From a bacterium (GTDB taxonomy: Bacteria > UBA8248 > JACPRG01 > G963555815): a stretch of DNA of 64,000 nt. The position numbers were made by a program, and so were the translations under genes. Shown here one piece after another: positions 58,087-64,000 of this stretch (positions within the stretch are counted from its first letter, which is position 1; each line of letters starts with the position of its first letter). A model generated the notes under the pieces. That model did not search any database. It was not told the DNA's origin and saw only the letters and a program-made list of their open reading frames with translations. Where the stretch lies: NCBI GenBank assembly GCA_965218795.1, contig OZ244653.1, positions 800,001 to 864,000 on the forward strand. The letters are read 5' to 3'.

Positions 58087-60448
58087 TCAGGCGCGCCTCC
58101 AGTTCAAGCTGACGCGTTTGGTCCATTTCGGGATAGTCGATTCGGTGGTGGAATCTTCCGGTCAAAATCCGGATGAACGCCGTGGAGATAAGATTCAGGC
58201 CACGGAGCGTCAACTCGCAATCATCGAGCTGCCCCTCGGCAAAGACCCGCGCGACATTGTTCCGCACCATGGTTTGAACTCGCGCAGGGGTGGGGTTTTG
58301 AAGACTGCGGGACGCAGCTTCTACGACGTCGGCCAGCATGAGGATGCCCGCCTCGCGGCTCTGGGGCTTAGGCCCGGTGTAACGAAAATCCTCCTCATAC
58401 ACGTCCTGCTGGGCTGGGTCCTCCAACTCCTTCGCTTTATTATAGAAATAGCTGATCAGGCTCGTTCCATGGTGCTGCGGGATGAAGTCGATGAGCTGCT
58501 CGGGCAGGTTGTGTTTGCGGGCCATCTCGATTCCCTCTTTGACGTGGGAGATCAGAATCAGCGCGCTCATCCGCGGTGTCAGTCGATCGTGCCGGTTTTC
58601 GGGGCCCAATTGATTTTCGATGAAATACTCCCGCTTCCGGATCTTCCCGATGTCATGGTAATAGGCGGCCACGCGCACCAGGAGCGCGTTGGCCCCGATC
58701 ATCTCCGCCGCCTCTTCCGATAGATTGCTCACGACGACGCTGTGGTGATACGTTCCCGGCGCGCTCATCACGAGCCGGCGCATGAGGGGATGGTTCAGGT
58801 CGCTCAGCTCGAGCAGCTTGATGTCGGACGCAATATTGAACATGGACTCCAGGACCGGAAGGACCGCGGACACCACGATGCCCGAAAGGACGCCTCCCGC
58901 GAGGCCCATCAGTACGGTGAACCAGCCCTCCGAGGAGAACAGCCGGCCTTCCATCAAGTAGAGCGCAACGACAATGACCGCATTGGTCAACCCGACCAAC
59001 AATGCCGTCAGCAGGATGCTCGAGCGCCGTCTGTAGTGGCGAACCCGGAAACTGGCCACCAGGCCGCCAACCAACGCGGTCAGCGGAAAACCGAATGTCT
59101 GAGGAAGCAGCAGGCCGGAGAGGAACGCCGTCACCGCCGTGACCAAAAGCGCCACCTCAAAGTCCAAAAGGATGGCGGCGAGCATGGCTCCCGTCGCAAA
59201 GGGGACGGCGTAGAAATAGCTGGTCGCTTCCACGTTCCCGATGGCCTCGGAGAAAGTCGCTCCCACCTGCATGGAGCCCTGAACGAGGACCATGGCGCCC
59301 AGCAGGATCACGCCGATCAGGACCACCCGCCGCGGGGAGCGCATGATCTTCGACTTGAACCGGAGAAGGTAGACCGCCACCAGCGCCAGAGCCAAGGCAA
59401 TCAGGATTACAATGCCGAAGAGAGTGCCGATGAATCCCCGTTTTTCTTCCCGCGCCTCCAGGTTGCGAAGCTTCGCGACCTGCTGGGGATTGAGACGTTC
59501 GCCCTCGCGGGCGATCATCTCCCCCTTCTTGATCTGGAAAAAGACCGGTTTGGCGGCCTTCCGCGCCTTTTCGCGAAGGCTTTCAGTGGCCTGCTTGTTC
59601 ACCGTCAGGTTGGGTTCCAGGAGCTGGGCCGCCAGCTCCGCCAGGGCTTGGCGCTCGTCGCGTCCGGTCGCAATATTGGATTCCGCGGACAGCTTTCGAA
59701 TGACGCCGGCGGCCTCCTTGACGTCCCGGAACCCGGTGATTTCCTTCTGTGCCTTAAGCCCTTTCTGACCGACCACTTGGATGGAGATTCCCTTTTTCGC
59801 ATGGGGCTCGAGGAGCTTTTTGTCGCTAACCACCCCGGTCTCCACCGAGGCCCGAAGGAGGAAGCCCACAGGGCCCGAGATTTTCGGGTCGAACCGCTTG
59901 GACCGTAAGTGCCTCACCAGACCGGAGGAGGGGCGTATGCGGAGATTCTTGAAAAATTCGGACTCCAGGGATCGAAATCTCTGTGTCTTCTCGAATTCCG
60001 GGACCGCTCCCGATGGCGCAGATTTGTCCAGGGCGGCATTGGCCGCCCGCTGCTTGGAATCCCGCTTGCGGACGGTCTCGGCGGCATGTTCGTCATACCC
60101 CTTCCGAACGGACGCGAGCGTAGTCCGAACGCGTTTTTTAATCGTCTCCGAAAGCCTCAGGTCCAGATCGAATACTTCTTTGACGGCTTCGGATGCCTTC
60201 TCCCTGATTTTCTTTGTTGATTCGACATCTTCCACCAGCATGTCGTTGGGAGCCTTGATATCCCGCGGGACGATATCGCTCTCCACCAGACGTCTGGACG
60301 GAAGGGTGCCGCGCGGGATCAACAAAAAGCTGAGCGCGACAAGCAGGACCACCCCGACGGTCCATTGAGCGACCCGGGGATTGAAGGACGGCTCCCGCCT
60401 TTGCCCAAACCGGAACCACCGCTGCGGTTCGGCGCTATTTTTGGCCAT
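57980..60448 (-). CDS. 7TM-HD family phosphohydrolase (PgpH-like c-di-AMP phosphodiesterase)
   Basis: Large extracytoplasmic domain, 7TM region, APGTYHHS, YYHDIGK, FIENQ, HHGT, YTGPKP, LADVVEAA. Confidence 0.9.
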   Translation of the reverse strand: MAKNSAEPQRWFRFGQRREPSFNPRVAQWTVGVVLLVALSFLLIPRGTLPSRRLVESDIVPRDIKAPNDMLVEDVESTKKIREKASEAVKEVFDLDLRLSETIKKRVRTTLASVRKGYDEHAAETVRKRDSKQRAANAALDKSAPSGAVPEFEKTQRFRSLESEFFKNLRIRPSSGLVRHLRSKRFDPKISGPVGFLLRASVETGVVSDKKLLEPHAKKGISIQVVGQKGLKAQKEITGFRDVKEAAGVIRKLSAESNIATGRDERQALAELAAQLLEPNLTVNKQATESLREKARKAAKPVFFQIKKGEMIAREGERLNPQQVAKLRNLEAREEKRGFIGTLFGIVILIALALALVAVYLLRFKSKIMRSPRRVVLIGVILLGAMVLVQGSMQVGATFSEAIGNVEATSYFYAVPFATGAMLAAILLDFEVALLVTAVTAFLSGLLLPQTFGFPLTALVGGLVASFRVRHYRRRSSILLTALLVGLTNAVIVVALYLMEGRLFSSEGWFTVLMGLAGGVLSGIVVSAVLPVLESMFNIASDIKLLELSDLNHPLMRRLVMSAPGTYHHSVVVSNLSEEAAEMIGANALLVRVAAYYHDIGKIRKREYFIENQLGPENRHDRLTPRMSALILISHVKEGIEMARKHNLPEQLIDFIPQHHGTSLISYFYNKAKELEDPAQQDVYEEDFRYTGPKPQSREAGILMLADVVEAASRSLQNPTPARVQTMVRNNVARVFAEGQLDDCELTLRGLNLISTAFIRILTGRFHHRIDYPEMDQTRQLELEARLNASHTDDQAKDSEDQPQMAREPSAETVKASESSVG

Positions 60449-61487
60449 CGGCTCTCTTTTCCTTCAAGCGGCTTCCTGTCGAAGCCATTTTCACCCTTCT
60501 CCGGCCGTACTGATCATAGGCCTTGATGATTTCCTGAACCAGCGGGTGTCGGACGACATCCTTTTCAGAAAAGTAGACGAAATCGATATCCGGGACTTCC
60601 CTCAATATCTCCTGGATCTGAATCAGTCCGGAGCCCTTATCATCCGACAGGTCGACCTGGGTGATGTCACCGGTGATGACGGACTTGGAGCCGAAGCCCA
60701 TCCGGGTGAGAAACATCTTCATCTGTTCGGGGGTTGAATTCTGCGCCTCGTCCATAATGATGAACGAATCATTGAGGGTCCTCCCCCGCATATAGGCGAG
60801 GGGCGCGATTTCGATGTTCCCGCGCTCAATCAACTGCTGGACCCGCTCGGTATCCATCAGTTCGTTCAAGGCATCGTACAGGGGGCGCAGGAAAGGGTGA
60901 AGTTTCTCAGCGATATCGCCCGGCAGGAATCCCAACCGCTCGCCCGCTTCCACCGCGGGGCGCGTCAGGACAATCCGGCTAAAGGACTTCTGCAAGAGCC
61001 CTTCCACAGCCAGTGCCACTGCGAGATAGGTCTTTCCGGTTCCGGCCGGCCCGATGCTCACCACAATGTCGCGGGTACGAATCGATTCGACGTACCGTTT
61101 CTGCCCCGCGCTCTTGGGAACGACGTAACGGCACTTCCCTCCCGTTTGAATGTTCCAGGCGAAGAGGTCTTTGAGGTTCAGCTCCGCGTCTTGTTGATAG
61201 GCCCTTGCGATGACTTGCAGATCCTGCGAGGACAACTCAAAGCCCTCTTCCATGACCGATTGGAGGGCGGACAAGAGCCGCTCGACGGATTCGACATGGT
61301 CAAGTTCGCCCAGGACTTCAATGTCGCCGTCCTCCACGATAAGTTGAACTCCGAACATGGACTCCAGCTTACGGAGGTGTTGGTCGTGGATTCCAAACAA
61401 GTCCCGAACCTTCGCCGGATTAACCAGCCGGATCCTTCTCGTTACCGAATCCTCCAATATTTTCCTCCAATGCTGCCTTCGACTCAC
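60435..61487 (-). CDS. phoH: PhoH family ATPase
   Basis: GPAGTGKTYLA, RPAVEAGERLGFLPG, MRGRTL, DEAQN, GDITQVDL, DVVRHPLV. Confidence 0.95.
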   Translation of the reverse strand: MSRRQHWRKILEDSVTRRIRLVNPAKVRDLFGIHDQHLRKLESMFGVQLIVEDGDIEVLGELDHVESVERLLSALQSVMEEGFELSSQDLQVIARAYQQDAELNLKDLFAWNIQTGGKCRYVVPKSAGQKRYVESIRTRDIVVSIGPAGTGKTYLAVALAVEGLLQKSFSRIVLTRPAVEAGERLGFLPGDIAEKLHPFLRPLYDALNELMDTERVQQLIERGNIEIAPLAYMRGRTLNDSFIIMDEAQNSTPEQMKMFLTRMGFGSKSVITGDITQVDLSDDKGSGLIQIQEILREVPDIDFVYFSEKDVVRHPLVQEIIKAYDQYGRRRVKMASTGSRLKEKRADGQK

Positions 61488-61593
61488 GGTATTCAGTCAC
61501 CATAGCAAACAGAATCGCGCCCCGCAAACCGAAATTCGGTTTTCTCCCGCTTGATCCGTTATTCAAAATTTATTAGAAATGTTCATCTATTTA

Positions 61594-61606
61594 AATCAAT
61601 ATCTTG
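61594..61606 (+). promoter_or_regulatory. Candidate IHF-binding site
   Basis: AATCAATATCTTG matches WATCAANNNNTTR exactly, with an AT-rich 5' flank, upstream of phoH. Confidence 0.4.
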
Positions 61607-62525
61607 GATGATATTCTTTAAGCATTACTTTAAGCCTCTCTCTTGTAACGTGCGTATAAATTTGGGTCGTAGAGATATCGGCGTGTCCCAGCATCATCTG
61701 AACCGAGCGGAGATCGGCTCCGTGAGTAATCAGGTGGGTCGCGAAAGAGTGGCGAAGCATATGAGGGCTGACTTTTTGCGAAATCCCGGCCTGGAGCGCG
61801 TATCCCCTCAGAATTTTCCAGAATCCGACGCGGGAGATGGGGCCTCCGCGATTGTTGAGAAAAAGATTTTCTGCACGGTCCCGCTCGCCGGACTTTTTCC
61901 ATCGTTTCTCCAAGATTGCTTCACGTGCCCAAGAAATGTACTCCTTCAATTTGTCCTTCGCTGAATCGCCCAAAGGCACCAGCCGCTCCTTGTTCCCTTT
62001 GCCCCAAGCTCTCAAGAATCCTACTTCGAGGTTGACATGGGGCAGATGCAGTCCCACGAGTTCGGAAACGCGGAGTCCCGTTGCGTAGAGGGTTTCAAGC
62101 ATGGCCGAGTCCCTGCACCCAAGAATTGTTTCCGAATCCGGTTGTGCGAGCAGCCGATCCACTTCCGTTGTCGAGAGAAACTTGGGGAGGGGCCGTCCGA
62201 TGGTCGGAGATTCCAGGTCCAGGGTGGGGTCTTCCTCCAACCTTCCTTCGGAGATCAGATAACGGCAGAATCCCCGAACGGCGGAAACTTTCCTCCGGAC
62301 CGTCCTCGGGGAAACCCCTTCCGCACAAAGCGCTTCCAAGAAATGAACGATATCCTCCCGCTGAATTGAGCTGACGCCCGATGGCTTTTCGGCTTGGGAT
62401 ACACGCAGAAAGGCTTCGACGTCTCTACGGTACGCCTGAACCGTGTTATTCGAGAGCCTAAGCTCCGCGGTCAGGTAATCCAGATAGCTTCGCAAGACAT
62501 CCGAGTCTGGTGACGATTCGTTCAT
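61596..62525 (-). CDS. xerD: Site-specific tyrosine recombinase XerD
   Basis: NTVQAYRRD, LPKFL, LYATGLRVSEL, GKGNKERLVP, SPHMLRHSFATHL, DLRSVQMMLGHADISTTQIYTHV, HPR. Confidence 0.93.
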   Translation of the reverse strand: MNESSPDSDVLRSYLDYLTAELRLSNNTVQAYRRDVEAFLRVSQAEKPSGVSSIQREDIVHFLEALCAEGVSPRTVRRKVSAVRGFCRYLISEGRLEEDPTLDLESPTIGRPLPKFLSTTEVDRLLAQPDSETILGCRDSAMLETLYATGLRVSELVGLHLPHVNLEVGFLRAWGKGNKERLVPLGDSAKDKLKEYISWAREAILEKRWKKSGERDRAENLFLNNRGGPISRVGFWKILRGYALQAGISQKVSPHMLRHSFATHLITHGADLRSVQMMLGHADISTTQIYTHVTRERLKVMLKEYHPRY

Positions 62526-62544
62526 GGGGTCGCGAATGGACTCC

Positions 62545-63999
62545 TCATGGAGAATCCATGTCGAGGGGGGAAGCGGGATCCGCGGGGCTGCGCCGTCTAA
62601 GGCTTTGCCGAAGCACGGAGATTTCACGACACCGAAATAGTCGCGCCGTCCCCAGGTAAACGAGCACCCCGGCAGCCAGGCAGGCTGCCAATGCGCCGAC
62701 TCTTGTACCCACCGGACCGGAAGCGGCGTACAACGTTCGATGCAACCCATATACAACAGCCGCCATCAGGATGGTGGGCATCACAAAGCGGAACAAGGAT
62801 GCGGCAATCACTCTTCCTTCCAGGGAGCCAAGTCTCTTGTGAAGATATCGCAGAAGAAGTCCCACGTTCAGGTAGGCGCACAATGCGCTCGCCAAGGCCA
62901 GCCCCGCATGCTTGAGAGGAATCATCAAAATAACGTTCAGGACAATGTTCACGGCAAGGACCCATGCGGCGATTTTGACCGGTGTCCTCGTATCCTGCAG
63001 GGAATAAAAAGCCGAGACGACGATTTTCACGGCCGCATAGCCGACCAGACCGAAGGCGTAGGCAAGCACGGCGCGGCTTGTCATCACCGTGTCCTGAGCA
63101 GAGAACGCCCCGCGCTGGAACAATACCTGAACGATCGGTTCAGCCAGCAAGGCCAACCCCACGGCCGAGGGCAGGCAGACGAAGAGAACGAGGCGGAGCC
63201 CCTCACCCAGCGTTTCGACAAAATCTCTTTTTTCTTCCCGGGCCGCGTGTCCTGAGAGCGTGGGGAAGATGGCAATGGTCAGGGCGATTCCGAAAATTCC
63301 GAGCGGAAACTGAAGCAGGCGGTTGGCGTAGTAGAGAGAGGAAATGCTGCCTTCGGCAAGGAAGGAGGCCAACAGCCTGTCCACCAGCGTACTGATCTGG
63401 GCGATGGAGAATCCGAAGAGGGCCGGAACCATCAGTTTGGCGATTCGGCGGGAACCGGCGTGTCCGGGCTCCCATCGCAAACGGGGCAGCTGCCCCCTCG
63501 CATGCAACGGTTTCAGCAGGGCCACCAGCTGAACGGCACCGCCGATGACGACTCCCCAGGCCAGTCCGGTAATCGGGATATTCAGCGCGGGGGCAAGCCA
63601 CAAGGCGCAGCCAATCATCGAGAAATTGAAGAAGACCGGGGTGAGCGCGGGGGTCAGAAAGTGTCCCAGGGAGTTCAGGATTCCGGCTGCAACGGCGGCC
63701 AACCCGACGAAAAAAAGGAAGGGGAACATCAACCGCGTGAGCGTCACCGTCAGCGTATACTTCGCTGAATCCTGGGTGAAGCCCGGCACGAGAACATTTA
63801 CGATGAAGGGCGCCGTCCAGATCCCGAGGGCGGTGACGACGCCGAGGATCAAAGCGAGGGAGATGATAAGCGCTCCGCTCAGACGGCGGGCCTCGTTGTC
63901 CCCTTCCGTGGTTCGAATCTGCGTGAAGACAGGGATGAAGGCAGCGGACAGTGCGCCCTCGGCAAATAACACCCGTAGGATGTTGGGGATTCCGAAAGC
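62545..63999 (-). CDS. murJ: Lipid II flippase MurJ (5' end outside the window)
   Basis: AFGIPNILRVLFAEGALSAAFIP, YYANRLLQFPLG, LFQRGAF, FYSLQDTRTP. Confidence 0.95.
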   Translation of the reverse strand, partial: AFGIPNILRVLFAEGALSAAFIPVFTQIRTTEGDNEARRLSGALIISLALILGVVTALGIWTAPFIVNVLVPGFTQDSAKYTLTVTLTRLMFPFLFFVGLAAVAAGILNSLGHFLTPALTPVFFNFSMIGCALWLAPALNIPITGLAWGVVIGGAVQLVALLKPLHARGQLPRLRWEPGHAGSRRIAKLMVPALFGFSIAQISTLVDRLLASFLAEGSISSLYYANRLLQFPLGIFGIALTIAIFPTLSGHAAREEKRDFVETLGEGLRLVLFVCLPSAVGLALLAEPIVQVLFQRGAFSAQDTVMTSRAVLAYAFGLVGYAAVKIVVSAFYSLQDTRTPVKIAAWVLAVNIVLNVILMIPLKHAGLALASALCAYLNVGLLLRYLHKRLGSLEGRVIAASLFRFVMPTILMAAVVYGLHRTLYAASGPVGTRVGALAACLAAGVLVYLGTARLFRCREISVLRQSLRRRSPADPASPLDMDSP

Positions 64000-64000
64000 C

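Noticed and set aside
61596-62525. Tyrosine recombinase as a prophage or island integrase
   Set aside because: Carries XerD signatures and sits among housekeeping genes with no mobile cargo.
1-64000. CRISPR array, rRNA, tRNA, riboswitch
   Set aside because: None recognised by eye; small structured RNAs cannot be excluded without covariance-model searches.

Overview
GC-rich chromosomal segment of a Gram-negative (LPS-producing) bacterium. The gene content looks Deltaproteobacteria- or Nitrospinota/Tectomicrobia-like; this is an inference, not checked. The window appears to contain the replication terminus: a 28-bp dif-like site (30839-30866) lies in an AT-rich patch where gene orientation converges. 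Left arm (1-30.8 kb): housekeeping genes (miaB, hemB, queG), an RND pump and many orphan catabolic enzymes, plus five disrupted genes (hsdR, DUF3108-like, acoX-like, vanZ-like, lpdD-like). Right arm (31-64 kb): an intact run entirely on the minus strand, murJ-xerD-phoH-7TM/HD phosphodiesterase-ybeY-HIT-lapA-mutS-ntrY-[ntrX::lpxC]-purM-purN-rhomboid-lolA-rseP-ispG-proS-rimP-nusA-infB-DUF503-rbfA-truB-rpsO-pnp-PHP-TPR. The standout is one ORF (49373-51571) fusing an NtrX-type response regulator (intact receiver, apparently dead AAA+ domain, Fis-type HTH) to a complete LpxC with its catalytic residues. It lies directly downstream of an NtrY-type kinase and near a lapA with no adjacent lapB, making it a candidate for direct two-component control of the committed step of lipid A synthesis. 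No rRNA, tRNA, CRISPR array or intact transposase was recognised. All calls are by-eye motif recognition, without database searches.
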